64,000 nucleotides of DNA from Daphnia carinata (Eukaryota). This document shows, piece after piece, positions 1 through 14,272 of the stretch. Position numbers and translations under genes: made by a program. The stretch lies in NCBI RefSeq assembly GCF_022539665.2, contig NC_081332.1, positions 4,650,001-4,714,000 of the forward strand. The letters are read 5' to 3'. Position 1 is the first letter of the stretch. Each line of letters starts with the position of its first letter. The notes beneath the pieces are model-generated. The model ran no database searches and was not told the DNA's origin. It saw only the letters and a list, made by a program, of their open reading frames with translations.

Positions 1-3000
1 TACATTTCGACCGTACCCTGGCAGCAGTTATTTCTCTACTATTTCAGCCCGTTCAACACGGCAATGTAGCGAAACCTAAAGTTTTGGCCCTTTGTATACA
101 CACATACATACACACGTCCGTTCAGTCGACGCAATAATGTCGAGTGGGATTCGACGAAATGCGAAAATAGATAAGACACGGAACACATATATAAATAGAA
201 CATTGAAACGCATATAGTTTACGGTGCCATTAGTTGAGCAAATACTCGGCGGCGCCCAGCCAATGCCGCCTCAATCACGCCCGTCATTATCCAAATTGAA
301 TAGTGAGTGGACCCCGAGTATAGTAACGGGCGCACCTGGCCTCTTTACCCCCCCCCCCCCACAAACCAACACACACATACACACACATGACACACAAAAC
401 TCAGTTCTCGCTCATTCCTCGTGGTTAAACGCACGCAAACCTTTGGAAACGCAAGTTAGTAGACGACGAAATGTGGCCAGGCAAATATATGTATAGAAGC
501 AAATTCAACTCCGATACATGTATACAAACGAATCGAGAGTTATACCCCCACAAAATAGTGGGAGGTACAAATGCGAGCACAGCCGGCCGGAATAAATCCC
601 CTAAAAACTTGCGAGGATAACGGCAGCTACGAAACACATTTTTCGCGTTTAAAAATAAAATTAAAATACAAAAATTAAAGGCGGCTGTGCTGTGCTCACA
701 AGTTGTTTTTGAAAAGCCCTACCGTCTTTTTGTACCAAAAAAAAAAAAAAAATGTATAGACCATAGCTCCTTGGAAAAGAAGAGAACCCGAAAATTGTGT
801 TCACGGCCGTGTTCCCTTGTGATGCGGCAGTTTTCGGTGCCCGTGTCTGTATATAATTAGCCGGTCGTAAAAATGGGAACAAACAGGAGAAAGAGAGAAC
901 TCTCTCTCTCTCTCTCTCTCTCTGTACTCCTTTGCCCTCCCACATATCTTTGATGATTACCCCACAATTATCGTCAGCGATCTATATGCAGATGATGGCA
1001 GCACGCGCTATGCCAGCAAAAACGCAGTAGTCCGCGCAGGGGGAAAAGCGATAACTTCGGATCCCAAAAGCGATCGGAAGATATGGACAACTCTTTTACG
1101 GTAATTCACGTTTCGTCTTCGACAGAAAAAAAAAACAAGACACCGACAAGCAGAGAGAACGGGCAGCCATATCGAGCGCTAAGCTAATGAGCCTGTCTTG
1201 CTCATCTTCGGCCCTCGTATGATAAACAAGATTTTTTTTAACAACTCTCTTTGCATTTTCTCTTTCTGATATTCGGAGAAAATGAAAAGAAAAAAAAAAG
1301 AAAAAAAAAGAAAATTTCCCGAGTTATTGCCCGAAATGAAGAAGGCGGGTTCATAGTTTTCCAGTTGTTCCAGACGAACGCGGAAGCTCTCTGTGATACT
1401 TATTCCGAAAGAGAGTTAAAGATGAGGCTCGAAACTGATACGCTAAATAACAATAATCATGCGCCCCCCCCCCCTCCGTTCGAAAAATGGAACAACAGCA
1501 GAAGCTCAGAAACGTCAATGATTTACGACTGGAACAAAGGAGAAACAACGTTGCCCTGTTCTCGTTCAAACGCTTCAAAATAAAAACGGTGGAGGTAAGA
1601 GAGATGGACCAAAAACAACTTTCTATCTTGCTTTCCTCGTTGTTGCCACTTTGATCGGCTCAAAATAGCACTCGTAGTTTTTGTTTCTATTTTTTTTTTT
1701 TTTTTTTTAAGGTGTTGGCAGTCGATCCATCTCTTCCTTTTTCTTTTAACTTTCATCTCTTTTTGTTCGTCTCCACGTGCCCACACACCATGGCGCCGAA
1801 TGCAAATCGAAATCTTCTTCGTATTTTTTTTTCTTTTTTCGACTGCACTTGGAGAGTGATCGAAACGGCCCCGATGAGGTCAAGAAGAAAGAAATTGCTT
1901 ACGCCATCGATTATACATCAACAGATAGAACGAGCCATGAAGATTTGAAAAAAAAAAAAGCGATTCAACGGCGATGATGTCATTGGCCAACACGAGATTT
2001 GAAGAAAAAAAAAAAAATTTTTAAACAAGGGCTTACATTTAAATTATTCAAAAAAAAAAAAAAACCTTTCGATCGGTGCGCATAATTAAACATTACCAAA
2101 GATTTTGCCTGGCCGAAAGATTAAAAGAAAATATTTTCTTCTTTTTTTTTTTTTTTTGGCATAGCCAACCGATAATTCCCTACATTCACGCAAGATAATA
2201 GTAGCTTAAAAAAAATAATAATAAAAGAGGGGGGAAAGAAAATGGCCGTGACGATTGAACAGCTCTTCCACAACAACAAGCGAGAAGAAGCCGACCACAA
2301 AGAAGAAAAAAACTTATAATATATAAAACCAAAAAAAAAAAAAAGAGGTGGATGATCGTCTTCCTCTACACAAGTCTCGACCACACACACACACACACAC
2401 CGCCAAAGTGCGCGGTCGATTTTCTTGTTTGCGGATGGAAGAGTTTTTTTTTTTTATACAACAACAAGTCTGCCCTTCTCTTACGACTTATTTTTATAGT
2501 GACACAGTTGAGCGGTTTTGCCGAGAAACGAACCGCACCGAACCCGCAACACAACACACACACACCGAAACAAAGGGGGGGGTTCGAAACCAACAACTCT
2601 ATTTAACAAATAATATATACGATGTACAACAAACACATCCTTAATTTTATTTGTTTTTTTCTTCGAGTGGCGAGGGGGGGGGGGGGGATTGATTGGCTGA
2701 AAATAGCCGCTGGTCACGTGTTTTATATTACATATAAATACAACCACACGAAATTTTTGTTCACCGTCTGGAAGACGGGCTTTGAAAAAAAAAAAAAAAA
2801 AAAAAAGGAAGAATGAATGGCGTAAATATTACTGCATGAATACAAATAGAGGTTGTTGTTTGGTGGTTGTGGTTTGTCAAACTAATATGTAAGAATGATA
2901 AATGGACGGCGATTCAAGCTCGAAAAACAGGGAATATGTAATTTCTTTTTTTTTTTTTTTCTTTTCTTTCTGTTGAAATTCTTCTTTTGATGTCCAAACT

Positions 3001-3355
3001 CGGGAAAAGAGCATTGCCGTGAATTGACGCAGTAGACGCGCTTAAATCACGACCCAAAATATTACATTTACATGTGCGCATTCTTCTGTTTTCTTTTGGG
3101 GCAGGGGGGGGGGGGAGGGAGAAGTTGTTGTTTGCGGCAGTGACTCAACACATCTTGTAATGTATCTCCGAGCACAGACAACAAGACACACTTCTTCCCC
3201 CTTTTAAATCCGTACGTCAGCTGACAAGTTGCACGCATGACAAAAATATGATTCTTATTTTTCGACAAAAAAAGAAATGATAAACGAATGAAAAATAGGC
3301 AACCCTGTACGTAATAAGGCTCGACCGCTGCTTAATCATCATCGTCCAATCATAT

Positions 3356-3395
<40 letters not shown>

Positions 3396-4012
3396 TAATA
3401 AGATCTTATTATTAGATACAACATTATCTCTCGTCTTGTAGACATCTTCGTGTGTGTGTGTGTGAGTGTAAAGAGCCGGTAACGCACGCAATCCAACAAA
3501 AACAAGGGAAAAAAGAAAAAAAAAAGAATGTGGCTGCTGTTTTGCTACTGTCGGGACACGACAGCGCGGGTTTAAGGAAGCAAACGGAGGCTGAGAGAGA
3601 GAGAGCTACTCTTGCACGCGGATGATTTATCCGTTGATTATACAACAGAGGGCCCGCATTCTATACGTATATTGACTGGTGAAATGTTTTATGTATGGCA
3701 ACACACAAATCTTTTTATTTATTTATATTCTTTTTTTTTTTTTTTTTGCCCGTTTTTTTTTTTACTTCGACTGTTGACCACGGAATCTAGGGGAATACCA
3801 AAGGCAAACAATTGGGGGAAAGAATCGAAGCGATTGGCCGCGATAGTTTGCCAACATGTAAAGCCATTAAGCAGAGTGACTTGTGCGATTGAACATAAAA
3901 ACGTAATCGGGCACCTCGATGAATTGAATTATTTTCAATGATTTCTTTAGCGAATAAAAAAAACCAAAAGTTAGGGGACGAAAAGAGTTAACATTGAGGA
4001 ATTCCTTATTTG

Positions 4013-4044
<32 letters not shown>

Positions 4045-5823
4045 AATTTTCAAATGTTAAGACATGAAAAAAAAAAGACACGGAAAAGATCAGGGGGACC
4101 GCCCCCTTTTTTTTCTATTCATAAACCGCCTGTTGCTGATGGTCGATGACAAATGAAGCTGCTCGTTTTCTATGTGGTACACAATTTAAAGAAAAAAAAA
4201 AAGAGCCACACAAACGGTTTATTTCGAAAAAAGATGAGGAAATCGGTCCTCGCGACACGCAAAAAGACGCAACGTCACGATTTTTTTTTCTAAAGAAATT
4301 CAAATTTTTCTTTCCTGTCCTATTCCTTTCTTTCTTTTCGACATGAGAAAAAGGGAGCCCATTAGCAGCTAATATCAAAACGAGCCATCCAGTCCCCCCC
4401 CCCATCCATTCGTAATATAGCAATAATAATGTTTCCAATGTGTCCCCCAGATGGTAGACGAACGACAAACTTTAAAATTCTTTTTTTTTTTCTTTAAACA
4501 AGAAAAAAAAAAAAAATAATAATAATTTTAAACGAAATATAAATATGAGATACAGGAAACGTACAGAAGAGTCCCCACCATTTTTCAAAGTCGAGGGACG
4601 ACTGCGCTAACGACAACGAGAAGTTCATATCGTTGAGTGAGGAACACAAACCGTCGCAGACGACGAATGCGAAAGTCCCTGCCGCGATAGGGAAAAGACA
4701 CATTTGACAGTCGAGGATTTCTTGGGGGGAGGGAAAAATTGTACAGAGGGTAAAGAAGAAGAAGAAAAACAAAAATAGGGAGAAATATATATATACATAT
4801 ATATATACAAGGATTAATGGGAATACAAGAGACAACAGTAGGACTGCTTGCCTGCCCTGACGACAAGAATAAATCGGCTTTGATTTTCTACGAGTCGTTT
4901 GGGGGATTCGAAACGAACACCAACTCGATTGCTTCTGCCCGCAAAAAACAAACAAAAAACAACTGTACGCGAAAAGATGAGATGCTCGATATCGACAAGG
5001 AAAGAAAGACAAAATTCTGTTCCATAACATGAGAAAAAAAAAAAAAATAGCAAATGTCATCAACTCTCTGCCCTCCCGTGTTCTAACAAATCGATGTAGT
5101 TAAAGATACACGGCGGTTGTTTTTTTTTTTTTGTTGACTTGTGTTTGTTATCATCTTCTTGTAGGACACGGACCAAGTTATCACCGATGTTTGAAGCGAT
5201 TGCAAATAACGCCATTGTTAAAAAAAAAAAAAAAAAAAGGGCGAATACGTTCGATTGAATCAAGTGGAAGTCAATTTTCAATAAAGAAACACCGGAAGCT
5301 GGGGGGGGGGGACTGTACGGCCCTTATCAAACGAGATGACGTTACGAATTATTAACGACATTGTGAATTACAAGGAAGGCTGGACCGGATGAGAAGAAAA
5401 AAAAAAAAAAAGGATTTCCTTTAGAAAATGTGTGGATAAATATCACACCCTATGCGATGGAATGTCGGAATTATGTATTTAACAGAATTGGTTAGTAAAT
5501 TCAAATCTCTCCCCTCTCTCTCTCTCTCTCTCCGATGAAAAGAGATCCCCCCCCCTCTTCATCGTTGAGGATGATGACAAATCGTCTTCCGACCGACGAG
5601 AGAAAGATCCGATCGCATGAATAAAAAAGAAATGAAAAAAAAAAAAAACGCCGGAAGGAACGTCCGTGAATTTCTCGTTTTTGAAAAGATGTGGTCGACC
5701 AAAAGAAGAGAGAAAGATACACCCAATATTACGTGTAACGAAGAACGTGGGAAATATCCAACAAAGATTGGCCGATTCATTTCTTTTTTCTTTTAGCCAG
5801 ACACAAAAATACAGAAGCCCCCT

Positions 5824-5855
<32 letters not shown>

Positions 5856-6257
5856 GTTTTTACAGAGAGAAGAGACAACACCAAAAAGCTTGTCACGATC
5901 CGGCAATGGCGATAAGCTGTCGCACTACCGGTGATGGCCTTGTCTGCAACTCCGGCTGCCGTATCGTCGGCGGCGATCATTAATCAGTATTGACTAGATG
6001 ACTTGGCCCTTTTTTGTTATTTGGAAATTTTTTTTTTTTTTTTTGATTTTTGGGTCGTGAAAAGGTGTTGCGCAGAAGAGGGCGGTGCTACCGAGCAACA
6101 GAAAAAAAAAAAAAAGATAAAAGCGTGACACGACATATTTAGCGTCGCTCTTTTTTTTTTTTTTTTTAAATCACAAACGAGCCCTCCGGACAAATGTGAC
6201 ACAAATTGAAGGTAAAGAAAATCATCGGTGAAAAGTTGTTACAAACACATCGAGGGG

Positions 6258-6290
<33 letters not shown>

Positions 6291-8238
6291 CCTCGTTCCC
6301 AGATGGAAATCGGATTTTCATCAATTTCATGAAAAACATTCGAACGTCGCCACGTTTTAAAAAGTTCGCCTATCTATTTGCTTTTTGGGGTTCCTTTCGG
6401 ACTATTATTATCCCGTCATTCAAACAAATCAACTGTTAGGCTAATGGCTTCCCTCCACCTTTCCATCTTTAAAAAAAAAAAAAATAAAAAAATGTGTATA
6501 CGTTATCATTATGATTTCCCCTTTAAAAAAAAAAACCTCCCTTTTTTGTCTTGGTTAAATTGAAGAAAGCATTCGACCACATGTCAAAATGGTCGGTTTC
6601 AAAATCAGTTTTCAAAACGCTACAGGCTCCCAATATAATTCTATTTTCAAACGTTCTCCGATTGAAACGACCTCGATATCAATAAAAACGGCCACGACGC
6701 ATCGAACAGAATTCGAACATCATTCAAAAAAATATCGTTTCCCCCCCCCCCAAACTATCATTGAATATAAACAACAGTTGGATTATATATATAAAAAAAA
6801 AAAAAAAAAAAAGGATTGATCTGACTGCTTTCGTAATGCTAAACGATCATTTATTTCCTTTAACATTTACATCCTCGTTCCTTTTTTTTTTTTTCTCTTT
6901 CGTAACTGAAAAGACCCCACACGGTACTGCACACACGATTTTTCGAATTGTTGTTCCAGGTTAGTACCAATCCTATCCATTTTACGGTTCATCACCCTCC
7001 CCGAAGGAAAAAAAAAGCTGCTGGTGTCACATTATCCCAACATCTCGATTTTTTTTTTAAACTTGAAAAAATAAATAAAAAAAAAAAAAGAAACGTGTTA
7101 CGTTCATCACGTCTCCGTTCTTTCGTTGTGTGGGTGTTCTTCCTCTTCAATTATACCTGCACAATTCTAGGACTGGTAAAGAAAAAAAAAAATCCCCACT
7201 GTGACGTCAAACTTTTTAACGGATATCCAACGTTTCATCTTCCTCTTCAGTTCGAAGCTTTGATCGATGGAATCGAATATTGATTAGCATATACGCGAGC
7301 AAAAAGGGAGATGATGATGAAAAAAAAAAAAGAGTTGCAATAAGTAGTTACAACTGATAATAATAATCATCATAAAAAAAAGGGGGGGGGGAATAACTGA
7401 ACGCCGATGGGCTTGGCTGAGCCTTTCAACACAAAACACAATCGGCACACAATTACAGGTATTCAATATGTTTTTTGTTTTCTTTTGTGATGAATGATCG
7501 GAACGGGTGAAATCGATGACGGCCAAAAAGATCTTAACGTTAGACACAAGCTCTCGATCGTCCCTCCTACACACGGACGCACGCTGCGTGTATGTAATAT
7601 TCTAATCACATCATCGACGAATGTTTTTTTTTTTTTTTTTTTTTCTTCAAATAAACCTGAGATTGTGGGGGAGGATTTTGTTTACCCGAAATCGACTCAA
7701 AAACCGCACACGGTGAAACCTTTTCTTTTCTCGAAAAAAAATTCGTTTAAAAAAAAACCCGAGACCACCGGCTATGAACCGAATTATAAAAGAGATTCAA
7801 TTTCATTCAAAACAAAAAAAAGAGACCTGGCATTAGAAAACACCTTTGAACGAATTATTACGTACCTTCCCAAAACAAAACAAAAAACGAATAGAAAAAC
7901 AAAAGCCGTCACCACAACTGATAAAAGTTTAGTTTTTTTTTTAGTTTTTTTTAAATTCTAATAAAAAAAAAAAAAAAAAATAGAAGACTGGCATGGATGA
8001 AATTCCATAGGCGACGTACAGTAGCTTCTCGTCTAACGATATGAGAAAACGTTGTGGCAAAAGGCAAAAAGAAAAAAAAAAGGTGGAGAAGGGGGAATGA
8101 TATGTCGCCAAGAGTCTCCGTTTTGTGATTCTCCTTCCGTCTCCCAATGGCATTTCTTGCGGGACGCGGAGGTGGCTGTCAACAAGACCGACATAGCCAC
8201 CTAACATCTATTACTAATGATATACCTTCCTACCTCCC

Positions 8239-8272
<34 letters not shown>

Positions 8273-11200
8273 TTTTTTCAAATTTCCCTTTTAAAGCCGC
8301 CATGATGTTAGTCCACACACAAGTGCCCCTCTCCTTTTTTTTTTTTTTTTAAATCATTTTGTTCTGAGCTTCTTCGGCGGTGAATGATTCAACGCCAACA
8401 TGGAATGTCCCTTTTTTTTTTCTCTCAGAATTGTGAATGTCCCCCCTTTTTTTTATTTTTTTCCTGAACTACTTGAAACTTTTGGAACAAATGACCCGCC
8501 TATACGATCAGCTGAAGATTTTCCAATGATTACACACTCGCTTGTGTTTTTTTCTTTCTTAACACAAAGACAAGAGATTTTTTCCCAAGCGTTCATCATT
8601 TAAAAAAAGAAAAAGAAAAGGGAAAGATGGGTGGTGATTAAGGTATACGGTGTTATCTAATCTGTTGTTGTTTATTTTGGCCCCTCCAAACATTTCGTTT
8701 GTATGTGAAAGGTAATTCGATCGCCAATCTTTTTGTCTACGTGTCCGTGTGAAATACAAATCGGTTTCTTTTATTTATTTATTATTTTTTTTTTCGCTGG
8801 CAGACTTTCTTTTCATTCCTGCCCCCTTTGACAAGAAAAAAAAAAAAAAAAAACAACAACAAGAAACCGTCATTCCAGTAGGACGACGCCTACAATGACG
8901 GAGTAAGAAAACACGAAAAGATGTGGTCGTATAAAAGAAAGACAGCGGAGGGGCTACCGTGTTCAGCACTTTTTTTTTTTTTTCTTTCTCCCTCCGATGT
9001 TAGACACTTTATATTCAGAATAAGACAAACGCTATTTGATGACCAAACTGAACAGGAAGCTTCGGAGAAAGTTACGCAACACGTTTGAAAAAAAAAACAA
9101 ACAAAAGAAAACAAAAAAAAAATATATAGACACATATCCTTTACGTTCCTACGACATTTAAAAAACATTTCTATACGTATAGCTGCTGCCCCCAAAGAGT
9201 TTGTCGTCGAAGGGAAGAGCGGAGGAACTGTCCGGCTGGTGTATGTGTACCATAAGACAAATCGAAGATTACACACAGAGATAAATACGCCAGACAAGAA
9301 GAAGAAGAAGAAGTCTTGTCGGTCGTATATATTCCGGTAGCATACTTTGAATACCGATCTCTGGTCGAGAAAAAAAAAAAAAAAAAAGGGACTTTCATGC
9401 CTGGGATTTGACCAAAACTAATCCTTAAAGGATGGCCCACCTTCCAACTGGATATTGGCCCATCCATTTCGTGGCTATGTTTGACGTTGTTACGCGTCTT
9501 CTAAAACAACTGGGATTTTCTTTTTTTTAAGTGGTCATTTCGGGGGGGGGGGGACCAAAGTTTTCTTGGATCTTAATCGCGAGACGGAGAACAAGGGAAC
9601 AAAAAAAAATAAAATATATAACTACTAATACTATTATCAAATCAAACTATCGAAATACCAACGCGCCATGCAAACAAAAATCGTGAAAAAGAAAACAAGC
9701 AGAATGGAATTTGTTTTGTTTTTTCTATCCCCCCTCACGACATGAGAAGAAAAGAGAATAACAAACAAATCGATTGTTTAGAACCACATCTTCACCTCAT
9801 CAAACATTAAACGAAAAAACAAAAATGGCCTATTGAAAAACATAAATGTTCTCCCTTCCTTTTTTTTTTTCAAATTAATGTTTTTCTTTAAAAAAAAATA
9901 AAAATAAATAAAAAGAGAGAAAAAGAATAGAGAATAATCATCATCTTGCCTTCGGACCTCGACCAAATCATAATTACAGATGGCCTTTGACATTTGGTGA
10001 GACCGGCGCGTAAAGAAAGAGAAGAGGAAAACGATCATAAATTGAGAGGTCCCTTGATTATCCGGCGAATCATCAACAACAACAACAACAGAGTTAGTTA
10101 AAAAAAAGAAAAAGAAAAGAAAAAAAAAGACCATCCAAAAAGAGAGAGAGACCTGAACTAATAAAGAACGAAGTCAAATTAACAGTAGCCTCCCCCTACC
10201 GTTCTGATAATAATCACCATCATTCCATCTCTGTAAAAATACGTCTATACTGGCTCCTGGCGAAAAAAAAAAAAAAGAAAGAACCGAACGAAAACGTACA
10301 TAAAATATAAGAAACACACACACACACACACACACAGAAAAAGGGGAAGGGGACTCGCATGTATAATACAACCCCCTTCCTCACCGTCCAGTCGCAAAGG
10401 TTAATTATCTCTGCAGGGTACATCAATTTCATTAGCCGGGGACTTTTCTTCTATTGAAGCTGAGCTCGCCTATGTACCTCGTCCCTATAAACTCATTCAC
10501 ACACACACACACACACACACACTCGTTCCACTGGTCTTTCCGTCGCCTTCCCTCCCCTGCTGGGCTTCTCTTAGCCTTTTCCACCAAAAATTTCGACACG
10601 GACAACACACACACACACAAAAAAAAATTCATCACGATTACCAAATAACAATTTATTTGTATATTACAGCTATTGTCTAGCTATATGGTCTTTTTTTTTT
10701 TTTTTTTTTTTCTTTTCGTTGTTCTTGTTTTATCCTACCACATTTTGAAAAATGTTAAAGGACTTGACGATCGGATTTTATTAAAAAAGAAAGAGAGAGA
10801 GAATATATGCATAATAAAAATGAATGGACACACTACGCGTTGTTTGCTCCTGCTTCTTTTCCCAGTTCTCGTAGCTCCCGCAGGCGCATCAGAGATGCAT
10901 AACTTGGTAAATAGCCGCTGTTAAAATCTGAAAGGGCAGCAGCAGCAGCAGCAACAGAGAAAGAAAAAGAAACGATCGCCATAAAATTCGCCCTCAATCT
11001 TTGGAATTCATCTGCTGCTGTTGCCGCCACTGCCTTTCTCTACCCCAATCGTTATTTCTTTCTTTTTCTTTTTTTTTTCAGTGCGTTATCTTTTCGTTCG
11101 TGTGTGTGTCATTGATATTATTATCCCTCTCTCTCTCTCTCTCTTTTTTTTTCAAACAGTGTGTGTCCCCCTTCGTGGTTTATAATGCACCAGGTACTGG

Positions 11201-11278
11201 TAGCACAAAGATGAAGAACCAACAAAAAAAAGGGAGGGCCCTCCCGCGGCTTTTCGTGACGGAGACAAAGTCGCGCCC

Positions 11279-11312
<34 letters not shown>

Positions 11313-14029
11313 CCTATGGCTTCTCTCTTTTTTCTGAAAAATCTGAATTGATAAATACAAATAAATTAAAAAGGATTAAACCGGACGAAGGGGAAAAAAA
11401 AAAAAATCTGGGGAATGACAGGCGACGCGCATTCGGCCGTGCGTGATATACGAACAAAAGAGGAGCGCGCGCCGCCACTGTCCGTGAAGCATAAATTATC
11501 GATAGATGAGTATCGGTCACACACACACACAAAAAAAGAGGAGTATGGGGAGGGAAAAAGACAACCTTCTCATAAGAAAAGGAAGCTGCTACCAGCAAAA
11601 ATAAAAAAAAGGAAAAGGTCACGAGAAAAAAAAAGATGAAAATCCGATTGGAACTGGACACAAGGGCAAAGTCCAGCGGGGGGTATGAAGGTACAGCCAT
11701 TTTTTCGAACAGGAGGGATATCTTGGCCAGCATGTCAGCATTCGACCACACAGAAAACGAAACGCAAACGGCCAGCTAAAAAAAAAAAAAAAAATGCCCT
11801 TTTGTCTTTTATTTTTTTTTTCATGAGTGGGCCAGCAAAAGTTGGTCATCAATAACAATTGCATCTTGATCTCATCACAACCGACTGTGTCCAACGAATA
11901 AAAAAAAAAAAAGAAAGAACCTTTTCTTCAAATACCTAATCAATTACACCACATTGTGTTTCTCAGTCACACACACAGTTCGTCCTTTATTTTTTCTTCT
12001 TAAATTACAGATTTTTTTTTTTTTTTTACCCTCTGAATAGGTTTTACCTTTCTTTTTTATATATATATATATATGATGGATATCGTCGATGCCTATCGTC
12101 TCGCCAGGAAACATTTTTCGACTATTAAAGCAAGAAAAAGATTTCCTTCAATTCTTCCAGTTTGAAGATTTTTTTTTTTGTACTTTGATTTCTTTCCTTT
12201 TTTTTTTTTCAGTTCGTGTCCTTTTTTTTTTCCCTACAGCCGACCATTTGAATCGTTATTTTTATTATGATATTTTCTCCAAAAAAAAAAAAAAAAAAAA
12301 AAAGGCCGTGAATTTCTCATCCGTCGAGTGTCCGGGACGCGGTTTTTTTTTTTTGTGTGTGTGACGGACATTGAATTATAGGCGAATGCGATGTATAAAC
12401 GACGCTCCACAAGCTTATAAAGAGGCAAAGAAAAAAGAAGAAGCTTTAAGACGAGGATATAAGCTTCCAACACACACAAAAATAGGAGGATGAGCAAAAG
12501 AGAGAGGGGAACGGAGGAAAAAAAAAAAAAAAAAAAAGAGTCCAGTGAACCACCAACTTTGTTGGGGCGTTCAAACCTCCTGCTGGGCAAAACTTTTTTT
12601 TTCTTTTTATTATGTGTTCTTGTACCTTATTCCTTTTGCTACTTCATCTCCTTCAATTTTTTTTTCATTCAAAAATGGAGGGGAAAAAAATCGAATTTTT
12701 CATATTTTTTTTTTGAAAAAAAAAATCAAACAAGGAGCGAAAGATCATCATCATCGCAGTAGTTCGTGAAAGTATAAGCCAACATTGATATTCAATGTCT
12801 ACAAAAAACGAGAGGGGGGGGGGCTTGAAAGATTTGGTTGCCATCGGATTTAACGAAAAAAAAAAAAAGAAACCCAGACGCCAATGAATAGGAACACACG
12901 TCTACACACCTGCGTAACACTATACAGGTGCGGCCAGACCAATCAAAGATGTTACACCGGTAGCTCCACACATGGGACTCGCATTTTTTTAAGGTCACCA
13001 CAGAAGCTCCTTGCATTCGAATTCTAAAGTTCGAACCCACGTACACGCATTTCTTTCTGATCTTTCTATATTTAGAGAGATTTTTAAATGGGCCCCGCAG
13101 GGCCTTGTCAACTGATTTCAATGGTTAAAGAAAAGCTTGCAGAGCTCCCCCCTCCATCTTTTTTAGCTATCGCCTAGCACGAAATGCATCTTTCCCGAAA
13201 CGCACAGATCCCGCAAAAGGCGAAAGAGAGAGACGGTCACGTCCAGTTTGTGTCCCAATAACGGACAATCGAGCGAAGGAGGAGCTGCCCACCCAGCAAA
13301 AAAAAAAAAAAATACACAAGAGACGAGTGAATAAGAGAATCTTGATTGGGGACGAGCTATTGAGAGGTGAGAAGAAGAATCTCTTTTGAATTTGAAAATA
13401 GAAAGAAAAAAAAAAAGGCAATTGATCTCTCTCTCCCTTCTTGGCATTTCTCAATCCTTTTGACACACACACACAAATATCTATTTCGTTTTTGAAAATA
13501 GCTGCTGTATAAGGACACCTGTATTTTACTTGTCCACGTTTTTTTTTAAAGAGAAAAAAAAAATACATCTAAATAAACATCGATGCGTAGTAGTATAATA
13601 TGAATAATAAAAATAGAGAATCCCTCGGATCAAAAGAAAAAGTCCTTTTTTTACATCGACCTTTTTTTTTTTCTTTTTAAATAATAAATATTAAAAAAAA
13701 AAAAAAGGAGGGCCATTGACGAGTTTCGCTGTTGTCCGAACATTGAAATGCACGCAGCATAAATCTCAGTCGCGGGAGAAAGATCTGACTTTTTTTTTTT
13801 TGTGGGACAGCACAAAACGATAAAATGTGGCGGTAGATTTTTTTTTTCTTCTTCTTCTTAAGGGGGTGGGTTTATAATAAGAAAAAAAAAAAGGCAGCCG
13901 GTTAGTAGCAACGAACCTACCGTCATCATCATCACGGCTATTTTACTATACAAAAAAAAAAACGTTTGATACGCCAAAAAAAAAGAAGCTTGGGCGACCC
14001 TTTTTGATGGCACTAATCTCTTGAATTTC

Positions 14030-14066
<37 letters not shown>
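14030..14066. repeat. Poly-T tract of ~36 nt
   Basis: Read directly; the longest homopolymer I noticed in the window. Confidence 0.85.
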
Positions 14067-14070
<4 letters not shown>

Positions 14071-14247
14071 GAAGAAAAATCGTTTTTCTTCTTCATCCCC
14101 GGTCGTTCGTGATACATCACCTGCGTGAACGTGTACAAACCCTATCTATCTTTTCTCTCTTCTCCTTTTAGCGAAAACATGTACACACAAATATCAAGAG
14201 CCAATCACACATTTTTTAAGATTTTTTTTTTTTTCTGACCATTTTAA

Positions 14248-14272
14248 CCCCCCCCCCCCCCCCCCCCCCCCC
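14248..14272. repeat. Long poly-C tract (poly-G on the cux sense strand)
   Basis: About 25 consecutive C; one of many C/G homopolymers in the cux introns. Confidence 0.85.

Noticed and set aside
5991..6012. TGACTAGA, a miR-279-family-like 5' end
   Set aside because: No complementary arm forming a pre-miRNA hairpin is visible nearby.
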